Assembly: GCF_009914755.1 (NCBI RefSeq)
Contig: NC_060941.1
Reading direction: 5' to 3' (one strand)
DNA: 64,000 nt
From: the human T2T-CHM13v2.0 reference genome, Homo sapiens
Positions 13,921 through 31,205 of this stretch are shown here, one piece after another (the first letter of the stretch is position 1; each line of letters begins with the position of its first letter). The position numbers and the translations under genes are program-made. Under the pieces are notes generated by a model that had not been told where the DNA came from, did no database searches, and worked only from the letters and a program-made list of their open reading frames with translations.

Positions 13921-14379
13921 CCACAACTCCCTGGTGGGAGAAGAAGGAGCCCTCTCTCTTAGGCGAGGGAATGTTAGTGGGAAGAGGAGTCAGAGGAACA
14001 CACTTCTACACCTTCCCACAGCTTCTGTTCATTAACCTGCCACCTTCACCAGGCCTCTCAATTCCTCAGGGCCGGACTTAGAAAATCATGTTGATAGGCA
14101 CCTTCCCAGTAGTCCTGCTAGCATCACAGGGCTCATCTCCCAGCACCTCCAGAATCATTATAGGATCCCCAAGACACAGTCCCAGTGGCCCCCACTAACA
14201 AGGCCCCAAGAGAGAAAGCGCCTCACTACTGAGGGCTCAACAGGAAACCAGCTTTGAAGAAAGCTTTTCCCTCTTACCTCCCTTCTGGGGCCTCCTCCTC
14301 CTCCCTCCCCAGGTCCAAGACAAGTTCAGGAATTTGCTTGTCTCTGCTCAAATGCCCTGGTTGATATCTGAGAAAGAAG

Positions 14380-14651
<272 letters not shown>

Positions 14652-14922
14652 TTAGAAAGCCCATATAGAGTCTCCAGCTGCACCTCTCCCTTCCTGGGGG
14701 ACTTTGAGGACATAGGCAAGTCCTGTAGGCCTCAGTGACCCACATTAAGCAGAGCCGACATCATCTGCCGTAACAACCTGCCCACAAAGCCAGGGCTAGA
14801 GGCAAAGCCTTCCTTGTGAGAAAGTCTAAATACCAGAAGGGGTGAGGCATCGTTGCCATGAGTATGAAGGGCCTGAGGTGTCTCCTTTTCCGTGTCTCTC
14901 CCCCCATCCTTCTCTCTCCTAG

Positions 14923-15116
14923 GAGGGCCAGTTTCTGAGTGCCCCAGAGGAGAATGCTGTAGTGAACACAGCCCTGTACAGAGAAGACAGCAGCTTGATT
15001 CCTCTCATTTCTCAGTCATTAGCCCCTCACTCGCTCTCCGGGAGGATAACGGGGTGTGTGCAGCTCCTCCCCTTCTTTCCTGAGGAAACCTCAGTGGCTT
15101 CCGTGCCCTTGCCAGG
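14923..15116 (+). other. Candidate 5'-UTR exon of OR3A3 (194 bp)
   Basis: About 40-nt polypyrimidine tract plus AG at 14921-14922, and AGG|GTGAGT donor at 15117. Apparently unique sequence 8.4 kb upstream of the CDS on the same strand. Confidence 0.45.
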
Positions 15117-16477
15117 GTGAGTGTTCTCCTGAGTCCTTCCTCTGCTCCTACAGAATAGAGAAGGGGCTTCTGTTGCCATCAGCTTAGTAAGCCTGGTGCG
15201 ATGGATGCCCCTGACAGGGAAAGCCATTTAGGGGAAGACCTGGGACTACAGCCCGGAGGTCCTGGGTTCTTTTGTGGTTTTCCCCGTGCTCGCCTCTCTC
15301 AGATGAAGCCTGCTGCCTGTTAGCGTGAGTGTGAGGAGACTCGCTCAGACCAGTTCACTGCCCGCACCCACTGCATCAGGCAGCGGGGAACCCTCGCTCC
15401 AGCGAAGCCCTTGAGCCTCGTCATGTTGGGCGCGTGAGGGATGGGCTGGAGTTCCAGAGCAGGGAGCTGTCACAGCTCGTAAGGGGAGCCTCGAGAGTGG
15501 TCGTGCAGGAGGGCTCCCCAGTGGGCCTCGTGGGGACCCTGTCAGACCCTCTGGATGTCTCAGGGTGACCTGAGGTCATCCCAGAATCCCCCTGGTTTTA
15601 AGCAATTGTATCTCTAGCTGTCTGAGGGTTGGCAACAGCTGTTTAGTGGTTCTTCTACCCCTGACCATGACTTACTTGTCTGTAAGGTGTGGCCCCTCCT
15701 AAGGGCCGTATTGTTTTGGGAGGTTTAAGTAAAAAGAAGCATGTGGACTGGTCCATGACCTGCTTGTCCTGTTAACACAAAGGAGTCCCTGCCACAACCT
15801 TGCACCCTGCATTTAACCTGTACCTCCCCTAAAGCACACTAAGCCAGGAAAGTCTAGCCCAAATATTAATGTGTCCGGAAAGTCTTCCATGACAACTCTA
15901 GCTTATACTGATGCTCTCTTTCTCTGAAATTGTACGAACGTTAGAACAATTGATAATTCGTTTCACAAATATTGAAGTATTATGATGGTTACTGCTATTG
16001 AAAAGACTGAATCAAACATGTTTTGTCCTCGAATTACTTACAGAGATGTAAGAAAGATATGTTCTATAGAGCAATGACTGAACTGGAAGGTAAAGCATAG
16101 TAAGTTGCATGAAATAATATGTGTGGGAGTTTAGGAGAGAAGCAGCAGGAGGGAGGCAAAGACAGGGAAAGAGAGAAACAGAGAGACAGGCAGGAGTGAG
16201 AGGGAGAGTGATCCTTTTGAGATGGGAAAGTTTCACGGAAAGATGAGTTCAGCAGCCAGCAACTGGCGTCAAGTCTTGAAATATTTGGGAAGTGGACTTG
16301 GAGGAAAACTATCGCAAAAATATCTTCTTCAAAAGAACATATGTACAGAGCTGTTACCTACCCACTGATTTGCCAATTTGCAAAGCATTTACAATTACCA
16401 ATTTCATCAAGATAATCATACCAGAAGATGATTTCTTCCCACTCCCAAGTCATGTGATCTTAGAATTTTAAGGACCT

Positions 16478-16816
<339 letters not shown>

Positions 16817-16970
16817 TTAGAGATTACCGCATCCACATTCTCATCCATGTGGCATCCCCTCTGCAGCTTCCCCGTGGCCTGAGCACACACAGTGGAGACC
16901 TCATTTGGAAGGTTGGTCATCGAGACAGCCTCACATTGGAGACATCCTCTTGCTGTAGAGACTCCAGTGA

Positions 16971-17316
<346 letters not shown>

Positions 17317-18214
17317 AGGATTTTTTTGAAGCTCCACATATTTCTACTGTGCAGCTGAGGTTGAGACTCACTGCAGTACATTTTCATAGAGCATCAGCGA
17401 GGAATGAATGCCCGGTGGATTTCCTAACATCTTTACAAAGAAAGAAAAACACGATGCAGGAAGGTAGTGTGAATTCTCCGAAACGATCTCAGGATTTTAA
17501 GAGTCACAAAACCCATCTGATAGTGCTTTGACAATTGGAGCAGCAATGCGATCAGAGACCACTGGACACATTCTTGGTAACTGGAGAAAAGACCCAAATC
17601 ACCTCAGGATGTCAGAGAAAAGGCATTTACTGGCAAGCCAGGAGATAGCTCATCACCAGAAATGGAATTTGGTTGACAGGAAGTAAAATAGCCTGGGAGA
17701 GCTGCTGTCTACTCCCAGAACCCACCCAAGGCTCTTCTGTGGATAGCAACTACCGCAGCGTGCAAGGCAAGGGACTTTGAAATTTACAAGTCGTAGCCAC
17801 TGAGAGGGTGGGAATAATTCGATCATTCATAAAAAGTATATTAATAATCATTAAAAAAATAATATAGGTAATATGTTAACATTTAAAATCTCCAATGAAA
17901 AACACTAAAACCCATTATATTACTACCACTCTTTGAAAACCACTGCAATAGCTCAGAGTTTCCTTCTGTTTATTATATGTGTATGTGGTAACAGTGAGAT
18001 CATATTTTAAGTATACAGTTTTGTCTTTCCTTTTACTTACTGAATATCTTACCACAAGAATTTGCTTGATTTTAAAGTCATTTCTGTTAATGTGAATTTT
18101 TTACAATTATTTTTTCTAGTTTATTATGGTATATATAAGAAAACAACATATTATCGTATATTATTTTTATATTTACTTTTTATCTTGAAATTTTCCTATA
18201 CTTTCATATTTTTA

Positions 18215-18554
<340 letters not shown>

Positions 18555-18714
18555 CTAATATATGGTCTTTTAATTTCTTGCATTGGCTAAAGCTTTCAGA
18601 ACAATGTTAAATAATAATTGATAATGAATTTACTTGTCTCATTAGTGACTTGACTGAGAATGCTTTTAATGTTTTTCTATTAAACATGATGCTGTCTTTG
18701 GAGTTTAGTTCGTT

Positions 18715-19042
18715 TTATTTTATTTTTTATTTACTTATTTTTAAATTATTATTATTATTATTATTATTATTATTTGAGACCCAGGCTGGAGTGAAGGGGC
18801 ACGATCTTGGCTCACTACAACCTCCACCTCCTAGGTTTAAGCAATTCTCATGTTTCAGCCGCATACCAAGTAGCTGGGATTACAGGCGAGCACCATCACG
18901 CCTGGCTAATTTTTGTATTTTTGATAGAGATGGGGTTTCACCATGCTGGCCAGGCTGTTGTCAAACTCTTGAGCTCAAGTGATCCACCTGCCTCAGCCTC
19001 CCAACGTGCTGGGATTACAGATGTGAGCCACTGCACCTGGCC
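18715..19042 (-). mobile_element. Alu with (TTA)n tail
   Basis: Alu consensus in antisense; (TTA)n at about 18745-18772. Confidence 0.9.
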
Positions 19043-19619
19043 TACTTAGTTTTATTTTAACATGTTAGGTAAGTACCTAACTATTCCTATTTTATTATAA
19101 GATTTCAGAAATCAAAATGAACATTTAATATAATCAAATGCCTTTTTAGCATCTATGGAAAGGATCACATAATCTCCCTTTACATCTGTTAATATCATAA
19201 AACATATTAATACATTTTCTCATTTTGAACTAACCTGGCATTCCTGACCAAATCCCAAATACTTATGGTTAATTATTTTGGTAAAATTACTGAAATAAAT
19301 TTGTTAATCTTTTATGATTTCATATTTTCTTTACTTTAACATAAATTTTTTTCTTTTCTTTTGAGCTAGTTATGCACACTTCGCAAAAAAAAAATGGAAG
19401 CTTTCTTCTTTTATATTCTTGAATAGTTTGATCGTCATTACAAACTTCCCTGTGGCATTTTACGGAGATGTTGCTTTTCATTAGTGGCAATTGGAAGCTA
19501 GCTCTTTCTCTACTTTTTCTATAGTAGTCTGTTTAGATTTTCTAACTGTTCTAGAATTATTTTAATAAATCATAACTTCATAGAAAACTTTTATAACTTG
19601 GAGTTCAGAAAAATAGAAT

Positions 19620-19955
19620 TTTATAATTTTTATTGAAATATAATAGTTGTATATATTTAGGGAGTACACTGTGATGTGTGTATATATATATAAAACAATG
19701 TGTAAGGATCAAATCAGGGTAATTTGGATATCCATCACCTCAAACATTTGTCTTTGTGTTGGGGACATTCCAATTCTTCTGGCTATTTTGAAATATACAA
19801 TAAATTATTGTTAACTATAGTCTCCATACTCTATCAAATTCTAGAACTTGTTCCTTTTATTTAACTGTATTTTTGTACCCATTAACCAATTTATCTTTAT
19901 CACTCCTTCCCCTCACCCTTCCCAGCCTCCAATCACCACCATTCTATTCTCTACT
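19620..19955 (-). mobile_element. L1MA 3' end within an older degenerate L1M region
   Basis: L1MA 3'UTR text tatccatcacctcaaacattt...aaattattgttaactatagt. Confidence 0.65.
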
Positions 19956-22324
19956 AGAATTTTTCAATTTTCTATTGGGCTATGTTTATTTTCTCCCTGT
20001 CAATTATTATTTTGCATGCTTATACTTTTTTGCTTTTACTCACGATTAGATCACTTAGTTAAGGTTTGTCAATTTCATTTTACCACAAACAACCTGTTCT
20101 CAATTTGTATTCATTCTTTTGTTTGTCTATTTTCTAATTTTTTACTATGGAATTCCTTTAGATTTTCTTAAATTTCTTTTGTTTTCTTATTCTAAATTCA
20201 TGATTGGGTTAAGCCTTTTCATTTCAACATTTTTGCTGATTAACATGAACATATCTTTTGACTTACAATTGTAAGACAACTAAGGAAGTCAGCATACCTA
20301 CACCATCTCTACATGTTCTTTCTTCTCCTCTTAACTTTATTAGATTTCTACAGTGTCATTGTTCAAACATTTATATTTTATTCTGAAACCACAATCCCCA
20401 TATACGTCTTACAGTAAAAAAAATTCAGTGCTTATTACCAGTTATTTTGTTTTCTTTTTCCTTCCTCTTCTCTTTGTTGGCTGAAGTTTATCCTCTAGAA
20501 GTTTATTCTATGGGGCTCATAGAACAACTATTCTTGAGTTTTTGAGTGTCCAAAAACTTTAGGCTGTTGCTTGTATATTTGAGTTACAGTTTGTCTTAAT
20601 AGAAAATTCTTTGGTTACATTTTCCTTCTATGAAGATTTTATAGGAAGTTTTCTATTTTCTTCTAGTCTTGAATACTTCTGTAGAGAAATTTAAGATAAG
20701 CATCTTCTCATTCTATTGTAAGTGACTTGATTTCTGCCAATATACCCAAAGGATTCATTATTTTTTAATTACAATGACCTTACTAGGACTATCTCAGAAT
20801 GGGACCTGTTTCTGTCTCCTGGTACATGTTGTGACTTTTCAGTCTCTAGAAGCCGGTCTTCAGTTATTTCTGGAAAGTTTTATTTTGTCTAATTGTTTGT
20901 TCCTCCATGCTCATTTTTTACCTGAGTTCTGTTATCTCACATTTCACTTCCATCTGGTATCTTGAAACTCTTCCCTGAGGTCTTGTATCTCTGTCTTGTG
21001 TTCTTGTCACATAGAGGTGAATGGTTTATTACATGTTTTAAGTTCACACTTGTTTTTTGTTTTTCAGTTATTCAGTAGCTCTATGCCACAATTTTTCTTC
21101 TGAGTGTTTGTAGTCTAGCATTTGTTTGTCCTAGTTTCTCTCCTCTACCCTCCCCATTTTTTTCTTGAGTATCTTTAACTAGACCTTGTGCTGGTTCCCT
21201 TTTGAAGTCTAAATGAATCGAAAGGTTTCTCAGCCAGTTTTTCATGAGAGGTTTTTGCTGGGGACAGGTGCATGTCTTGATTCACGGTTGTTTTTGAGTA
21301 CCTTTTGCCTTGACTTCTCTAATGTCAATGCTGACACACAGCTGAGGAACTGCTGACAAGGCAGTTTTCTTGCTTTTACAGTCTCACCTAAACACTACAC
21401 AATCAGCTTGCCTGGGTGGCTTCTCATTCAGTCCTGTCTCCTCTGCTTCTCAGATCCAAACTGAGACCAAAGAAGACCATGCCACCAACCATTTCCACTT
21501 TTATAAACAAAGGATTTTAAAGAATATTTTGGTGACCATCCCCCAAAGCAGTCACATCAACCATACTACTACAGCACTCTGATTTCTGAGATATGATTTT
21601 CTTAACCGCTCCTGGCCCTGAATTTCACTGCCCCAGTTCAGGCAATCATCATGCTTCCCTTTCTGTTAGAGTTATCAGACTCCAACCCCTTCCCATCTTC
21701 TGATTTCAGATACAAGGGTATGATATTGCTCTTAAGGAAGCTCAAGCCCTACTTGTCTCTAGTCAATAAAGACATTGATATTTTTTTGATTCAGAGTTTG
21801 ACATAATTCAGTATGGCTTTCCAAGTACATGCCTTCTTCATTTGAAGACATAGCCTTAGAGTCATTGGTCAATCTACCATGCCTGAATGAAGGACAAGTA
21901 GAAGACCAGTGTCTGTGCAATGTAGAACCCTAACTGCACCTGGCAGCAACCAACCCACAGGACATGATTACAACTTTGGTTTTAGAGGGGAGTAGCTGAC
22001 AATGTACACAGAAAAAATAATTTTAAATTAACTTGTTAGTCAAAGTCCAGTGTAAGGATTTAAGTAACAATAATAACACTAGCAATTAATTGAACAAGGA
22101 GTGTTGAATTGACACTTCATAGTGTGGTCCCTCTCTTTGAAGAAATGTGCTGGGCTGGTCTTTCTGACATTCAGAATCATGAGTATCTTCTCTCTGATTC
22201 CTGGCATACCTTCACTTGATCTTCACTATTTCCAGAAGCCTTGAAACCTAGGCAACAGTTTCAATATTTTCTAGTTTCTCTGAAACTCTCATGAATTTTT
22301 CTATTTTGAAGTCTGCTTATTGGT

Positions 22325-22608
22325 CTCTGATTCTATGACATTGACTTTTTAGATTCCACATGTAAGTGAAATTGTCAAATATTTATCTTTCTGTGTCTAG
22401 TTTATTTCACTTAGCATAATGTCATCCAGTTTGTATAAAAGGATATATTTTAACATTCTCACCACAAAAATGAGTTGTTGAAGGGATGGCTATGTTAATT
22501 ACCTTGATTTAATCATTTTACAAAGCATATGCCAATCAATATCACACTGTACCCCATAAATATACACAATTATTATTCATCAATTAAAAATAAATTATTA
22601 AAATGTAA
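22325..22608 (+). mobile_element. Short L1MA 3' end with 5' inversion
   Basis: About 22330-22430 is antisense and about 22435-22600 is sense L1M 3'UTR; TSD tctgcttatt(g/a)gt. Confidence 0.6.
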
Positions 22609-22620
22609 TCTGCTTATTAG

Positions 22621-23275
<655 letters not shown>

Positions 23276-23492
23276 TTAGCTTATTTTCCCAAGTATTCTG
23301 ACCTTTTCAGCTAGCAGAGGATGAGAGGGACAAGGTGGTGGTGGCATTCGGCATCTCAACCAAGAGCAAGGTAAAGGCATTGAGGTGTTGGAGGAGTGAG
23401 GGATGGCCTGGGGACTCGCCACGGGGCTTTGAACATAAATGGTTTAAAATGTTAATGTGAACTGAGTGAACTGATACCTCCCCTGCTGGGAC

Positions 23493-24458
23493 ATGTCCTT
23501 ACAGAAACTCATGGAGCCAGAAGCTGGGACCAATAGGACCGCTGTTGCTGAGTTCATTCTACTGGGCCTAGTGCAAACAGAAGAGATGCAGCCAGTTGTC
23601 TTTGTGCTCCTCCTCTTTGCCTATCTGGTCACAATTGGGGGCAACCTCAGCATCCTGGCAGCCGTCTTGGTGGAGCCCAAACTCCACGCCCCCATGTACT
23701 TCTTCCTGGGGAACCTATCAGTGCTGGATGTCGGATGTATCACTGTCACTGTTCCTGCAATGTTGGGTCGTCTCTTGTCCCACAAGTCCACAATTTCCTA
23801 TGACGCCTGCCTCTCCCAGCTCTTCTTCTTCCACCTTCTGGCTGGGATGGACTGCTTCCTGCTGACCGCCATGGCCTATGACCGACTCCTGGCCATCTGC
23901 CAGCCCCTCACCTACAGCACCCGCATGAGTCAGACAGTCCAGAGGATGTTGGTGGCTGCGTCCTGGGCTTGTGCCTTCACCAACGCACTGACCCACACTG
24001 TGGCCATGTCCACGCTCAACTTCTGTGGCCCCAATGAGGTCAATCACTTCTACTGTGACCTCCCACAGCTCTTCCAGCTCTCCTGCTCCAGCACCCAACT
24101 CAATGAGCTGCTGCTCTTTGTAGCAGCAGCCTTCATGGCTGTGGCACCCTTGGTCTTCATCAGTGTGTCCTATGCCCATGTGGTAGCTGCTGTGCTGCAA
24201 ATCCGCTCTGCTGAGGGCAGAAAGAAGGCCTTCTCCACATGTGGCTCCCACCTCACTGTGGTGGGCATCTTCTATGGGACAGGTGTCTTCAGCTACATGA
24301 GGCTGGGTTCAGTGGAATCTTCAGACAAGGATAAGGGGGTTGGGGTTTTCATGACTGTGATCAACCCCATGCTGAACCCACTTATCTACAGCCTCAGAAA
24401 TACTGATGTTCAGGGCGCTCTGTGTCAGCTACTTGTGGGGAAGCGATCACTGACCTGA
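23493..24458 (+). CDS. OR3A3: Olfactory receptor 3A3, intact single-exon CDS (321 aa from first ATG; 315 aa from ATG 23511)
   Basis: 7TM class A OR with N-glycosylation sequon [37 protein letters not shown]. Recognised OR3A sequence. C-terminus and position between OR1E1 and OR1E2 favour OR3A3 over the similar OR3A2. Confidence 0.92.
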   Translation: MSLQKLMEPEAGTNRTAVAEFILLGLVQTEEMQPVVFVLLLFAYLVTIGGNLSILAAVLVEPKLHAPMYFFLGNLSVLDVGCITVTVPAMLGRLLSHKSTISYDACLSQLFFFHLLAGMDCFLLTAMAYDRLLAICQPLTYSTRMSQTVQRMLVAASWACAFTNALTHTVAMSTLNFCGPNEVNHFYCDLPQLFQLSCSSTQLNELLLFVAAAFMAVAPLVFISVSYAHVVAAVLQIRSAEGRKKAFSTCGSHLTVVGIFYGTGVFSYMRLGSVESSDKDKGVGVFMTVINPMLNPLIYSLRNTDVQGALCQLLVGKRSLT

Positions 24459-24740
24459 GAGATGACCTCCTTTCCTGCCTTTTCTGGACCGAGGAAAATT
24501 TCCCGAGAAGATAGTAACCAACAAACCTTGTTTATAACCATTATTTCTATCTCCTGATGCCTGAGGAGTGGTGTTATGTGTTTGGCCTACAAGGAAACCC
24601 TATATAATTCATTCATTTATTCATTCAACAAATATTTATTAAATTACTTCTATGATCCAAACAATCTTCTAGGGCATTGGTGAGCAAAATGGACAAAAGT
24701 CTCTGCACTCAAGCAAATCACATGCTATAAAGGTAGGCTA

Positions 24741-24750
24741 AATAAATAAA
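24741..24750 (+). terminator. Candidate OR3A3 polyadenylation signal (overlapping AATAAA)
   Basis: AATAAATAAA about 280 nt downstream of the stop codon. Confidence 0.35.
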
Positions 24751-26565
24751 TAAGCATCATATATAGTATACCACATGGTGATACACTCTATAGAAAAAAG
24801 CTGGTAAGACAGGAAGACATGAAGTGAGCTTCTGCCAACCAGGCCTCCTGGGCAAGTTGGTACCTTGCTTTGGGCTGTGCCCGCTTTCTCGGTAGAGCTG
24901 AAATCTTGGCAGCACTTTATGCCTGAGCAGCAATGTCCTACAGGAAAGGGCCACTTCATCCCAGCCTAGGTAACCAAGAATATCACTGCAAAGTTTCCTT
25001 CCAGAGGGATGTGAGACTCCCTCCAGATCAGAGTGTGGAAAGGTATTTTGAACCGTGGGCCCAGTGCCAGGAATCATTTCATGCTACTGTTCACCTTTCA
25101 CCTCCCATAAAATCAGTTCCCTCGCTTTAATACCACACGGGAATCCCATAGGACGATCAGGCAACAGGTGGGGTCTAGAGAAGGAAAGAGCTACTAAATA
25201 AAAACTATGTTAATACATAAGTGATATACCTTAAGATCAAAAAGGGAATGTCCTATTTCCATCCCCTGCGGTATCTTTCTGTCTTATTTGATAAATCATC
25301 TTCCTGACACATATGATACTTTTTGAAACAGTAAGCGTTTATGTTCCAACTAGGTCCTCAGAATTTTATTGTAGAATACCCAATACAACATTCTCCTCCA
25401 AAGTCTTACTTTTCTATCCCAAACCTTCTAGCCTGAAAATACACACCCATAAATGCAGTCCCTGGGAGTGACACCTCCTTCTAACTTTAACTTTATTTGA
25501 TTAATACATCAATACTGCTGCAACCCAGGGCATTTCCTCATCTTGATGTCTATCCAGGTTTCAGCCCATTAATTCCTGATTCTCTCCAGCCCCTCTAGGA
25601 AGACTGTTTACTGCGTCCTAGCAACACTACTGTCCCTCTGCTGTTCATCCCTAAAACTGTCCATGGGTGCACCTGAACCTTGGCTTCTCTGTGATTTCCT
25701 CTTGGGGTTGACTGGAAGGATGGGCTGAGATAAGGTTGTGAAGACAAGATGTGAGAGTGGGAGGTAGGAACGGATTGGAGCGGAGCAATGAAGATGAAAT
25801 GAGCATATCGAGAGGGATGGGACAGGGTGATGAGCAAAAGTGGTAAGAAGGAAGGATGGAAGTAATGAAGGAAATGATGCAATGAGAGAATGGGAAGAGA
25901 GAAGTATGTCTCTTACCTGATGCTCTTGGGTGTCCAGACACTTTAACGTTAAAGAACTTGAGCTTCCCTTAAGGGCAAAGTTCTTGTGAATGAAAATCAC
26001 GGACACGGGTTGTAATCACATCATTCCTACTCATCCACTGCTCTGTGATCTTAGAAAGTTCCTTACCATGGTTGGGCTTGTGTCCACCTGTACCATAAGG
26101 GACTGGGACAAGATTTTCTATCCACGGTTCCTCACATTTAATGACCTCTGATCATAATAGTCTGAATGAGCTCTTCCCTGGGTCTGAACACATCACAAAC
26201 ATTTTGAGAGCATTACCACCACCATTTCCACCACTCCATCTACGCCGTGAGCATCTAACGCTTGTCTATGACCCCCAAAGATCCCAGGCCCTGGCACTGC
26301 CTCCTGTGTGGCATTGCCACCTCCTTTCCTGTGTTCCACCTGTCCTCCAACACTGAGGGGTTTCCTGAACAAGTGAGAAAGATGTACTTCCTTGGGAGTT
26401 TCTCTCTTTGTGCTCTCAAATATAAATATACCTATTTTTAAATGTTTCAGAAATATTATACCTGATAGTGGAAACATTCAGAAAATATTATTCTTTCAAA
26501 TGGGAAATAAAAATCCAATTATTCCTTCACCTCGCCAAAAACCTCATCAGAGTTAACTCCTCTTA

Positions 26566-26895
<330 letters not shown>

Positions 26896-27744
26896 GAACT
26901 TGGTGTTTAATCCTCCAAAGATTTCCTATATATATGATATGCCTACTTCACATCTGTAGAAACATACTGTTCTGTGATCTGCTTTATGATTTTCCCTACA
27001 TGTTATACAATATAATCTTTTACATGATAAAGACTAAAATTCTGCTTTATCTCTTTTAATGATGACACAGTATATCATTAAACATATAAACTATAATTTA
27101 TTTAATCAAAACTCCACTGATATAACTTGGGTTGTTTCTAATTGTTTTGCAATAACAAATAATATTGTGATGAATATCCTTACGGGGCATTTTTCTAAAT
27201 TTATGTAATTATTTCCCCAGGATTAATTCACATGAATAACTTTATCAGATTATAAAATATAAATAACAAATATAAATTTTAAGATACACATGCACAAACA
27301 CATACACATCTTAATTTCTAAAACTTTTGGGCCAATTTACAGATTTGCTGTTGTGATAGTGTTTGTTTACCCACATCCCTCCCATCAATGGTTGTTATTA
27401 AAAAATTTTTTTCTCGATTTTTATAACCTGAAGGTTGAGAAACTGCAGTATTTTAATTTGAATTTTTAATTTCTTTTTTCATTAATTTTAGTTTTATTTA
27501 TTTATTTAAGTAGGTGCCATGTATTGAGTACTTACCAGGTGCTAGTAAATGCTCTATCCACATTACATAAGAGAATTCATTTAATCCTTAAAGTCACTGT
27601 TTGAGCTATCATCCCTATTTTACCAACAAATTGAGGGATAAAACTTTGTATCAACCAAATATCTCAGTAATTGCTGATCAGAGCTGATTAACAAATGATA
27701 ATCAACATGTTCTATATTTGGTATTTCCTTTACCTTACAGGGCA

Positions 27745-28522
27745 TTCTTTTTTTAACTTTTAAGTTCAGGAGTACATGTGCAGGTTTGTTATATATGGGT
27801 AATATAGGTTATATATACCTATATAGGTATATATAGGTAATATAAGTTATATAGGTAAACTTGTGTCATGAGAGTTTGTTGTACAGATTATTTTGCCACT
27901 CACATATTAAACCTAGTACCCATTAGTTATTTTTCCTGATCCTCCCCCTCCTCCCAACCTTCACTCTCTGATAGGCCCCAGTGAGCGTTGTTCCCCTCTA
28001 TGTGTCCATGTGTTCTCATCACTTAGCTCCCACTTATAAGTGAGAACATGCAGTATTTGGTTTTCTGTTCCGAGTTAGTTTGCTAAGGATAACGGCCTCC
28101 AAGCTCCATCCATGTTCCTGCAAAGGACATGATCTCATTCTTTTTTATGGCTGCATAGTATTTCGTGGTGTACATGTAACATATTTTCTTTATCCATTTT
28201 ACCATTGATGAGCATTTAGGCTGATACCATGTCTTTGCTTTTGTGAATAGTGTTGCAGTGAACATAAGCGTGCATGTGTCTTTATGATAGAACTATTTAT
28301 ATTACATTGAGTATATACCCTGTAATGGAACTGCCGAGTTGAGTGATATTTCTGTTTTTAGGTCTTTAAGGAATTGGCACACTGTCTTCCACAATGGTGG
28401 AACTAATTTATGCTCCCATCAACAGTGTATAAGCATTCCTTTTACTCCACAACATCGCCAACATCTGTTATTTTTTGACTTTTTAATGATAGCCATTCTG
28501 ACTGGAGTGAGAGTATCTCACT
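27745..28522 (-). mobile_element. L1PA 3' fragment
   Basis: Poly-T, 3'UTR and ORF2 C-terminus. Confidence 0.88.
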
Positions 28523-30100
28523 GTATCTTCAAATCCTTGATAGTTGCACTAATCTCTGCAATCCCTTCAGGGATGCGATATTGTTTTCTATTTACTATTT
28601 TTCTAGGTAGAGGCAGCTCTAATGGCTTCCATTTGGCCTTTCCCACCATAATAGCCCTCACCCTACCAGTCAAGGAGTCAATGTGAGGGTCCTGACACTG
28701 CTACGTATGTCTATGCCAATTATGCATTCTGGCACTGGGGAAATGACCACGGGATGAGTACAGGGACTCACTGTAAGTTGGACCTGAGCTAAAACTCCAT
28801 TAATTACCTGACCTCCATAAGCCCCTACTTTAACTGGAGGACCACAGTGACGTTTCGGATCCCCTGGAATCAATGTCAGCTCAGAACCAGTGTCTAGTAG
28901 TCCCTGAAAGATCTGATTATTCCCCTTTCCCCAATGCACAGTTACCCTGGTAAAAGGCTAGAGGTCTCCTTAGGGAAGAATGGGAGAAAGATTAACAGCA
29001 TGAATTGTCAGTAGTGTAGTGAGGTCCTTCCCCAAGGGGACCCCACCTCCCCTTCATTCAAAGGGTTCTGGGTCTGTAAACTGGTTCAAGTCTGGAAACT
29101 GATTGAGGGGCCATGATTCTCTGTTTTTATATATCAAATTAGTATTTTGTCCACTGGACCTGGAAGTTTTTTGCTTATATAAATCAAGTAAGAATGCAGT
29201 AGGCTTCCTGTCAGTTTCACTTCTAGGAACACCATGATTAATTAGCCAATGCCAGAGCTCTACACAAGTCAGACTATTCTGATTGCTGTTTTGCCTCTGC
29301 TGTCCATTATGGTGGCTACAGCCAACTTGTCTTTAATGGTTGAGTGCTGCCACTTGGCCCCTGCCACCTCGGGATCCAATTATTCCCACTGCATTTAAAT
29401 TTTATAGTTGAGTGACTGCAGTTCCCACTGTAAGATCTGACATACAGAGAGGAGCAATCATAGAGCTCTTTGAGGATGCAGGTGCTGCCCTCACAAATCT
29501 ATTTCACAAAGTATTAATCAAGGGTATATCTTCTGGGCCCTCCCAGCTGGGATGAGTAGGTCTAAAGTGACTAATCCACTCCAGCATCCCTATCTCCCTA
29601 AGCCTTTGGATTCCTTCCTCTACATTAAACCAAAGAAGATCAGGCATTTCCAGCTCGCTCACAGTGGGCCATCTTTTAATCCATATTTCAGCTAACCAAG
29701 CAAATAAGCTAGTAGAATCTTTTTTAACTTCCCAAGCAGCAACATTAAATGCAGAATCCCTGCTTAGTGGGCCCAAAGCAATAAATTCAGCCAGATACAA
29801 CTTTATGTTCCTTCCACCTTTATCCCACACCCTTAATATCCATTCCCGTGCCTGTTCTTTAGATTTCTGCTCATTTAAATTAGAAAACTCAAGCAGTTCT
29901 TTTGGATTGTAGCACACTTCTTCATGGGTCACACTCTGAACCTCACATCTAGGGGCCTGCTGGGACTTTAGTGTAGTTATAGGTCTAGAAGCAAACAGGG
30001 GTGTTGGGGGTGGGCCCTGAGGAGAATAAACATTGCATAGCCACTGCCTCAGAGAAGGCCATTGCTGTTGCCTTGGGCAGTGCAGGGTTATTCTCCTCAA
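28523..30100 (-). mobile_element. HERV-L internal fragment (gag, protease, start of pol)
   Basis: Aspartic protease motif GLLDTGSELTLIPG (ORF 28670-28939); gag-like ORF 29504-30100 (WILRVWDKGGRNIKL, QRLREIGMLEWI). Confidence 0.85.
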
Positions 30101-30104
30101 TCTC

Positions 30105-31205
<1,101 letters not shown>

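Noticed and set aside
23718-24251. 177-aa antisense ORF over OR3A3, and similar shadow ORFs over OR1E1/OR1E2
   Set aside because: Expected by-product of coding-strand codon bias; no independent signals.
25595-26006. Overlapping minus-strand ORFs downstream of OR3A3
   Set aside because: Purine-rich low-complexity sequence with no recognisable domain or splice structure.
29504-30100. Domesticated gag gene
   Set aside because: Fragmentary, no ATG start or promoter, and neighbouring frames are broken; consistent with neutral HERV-L decay.
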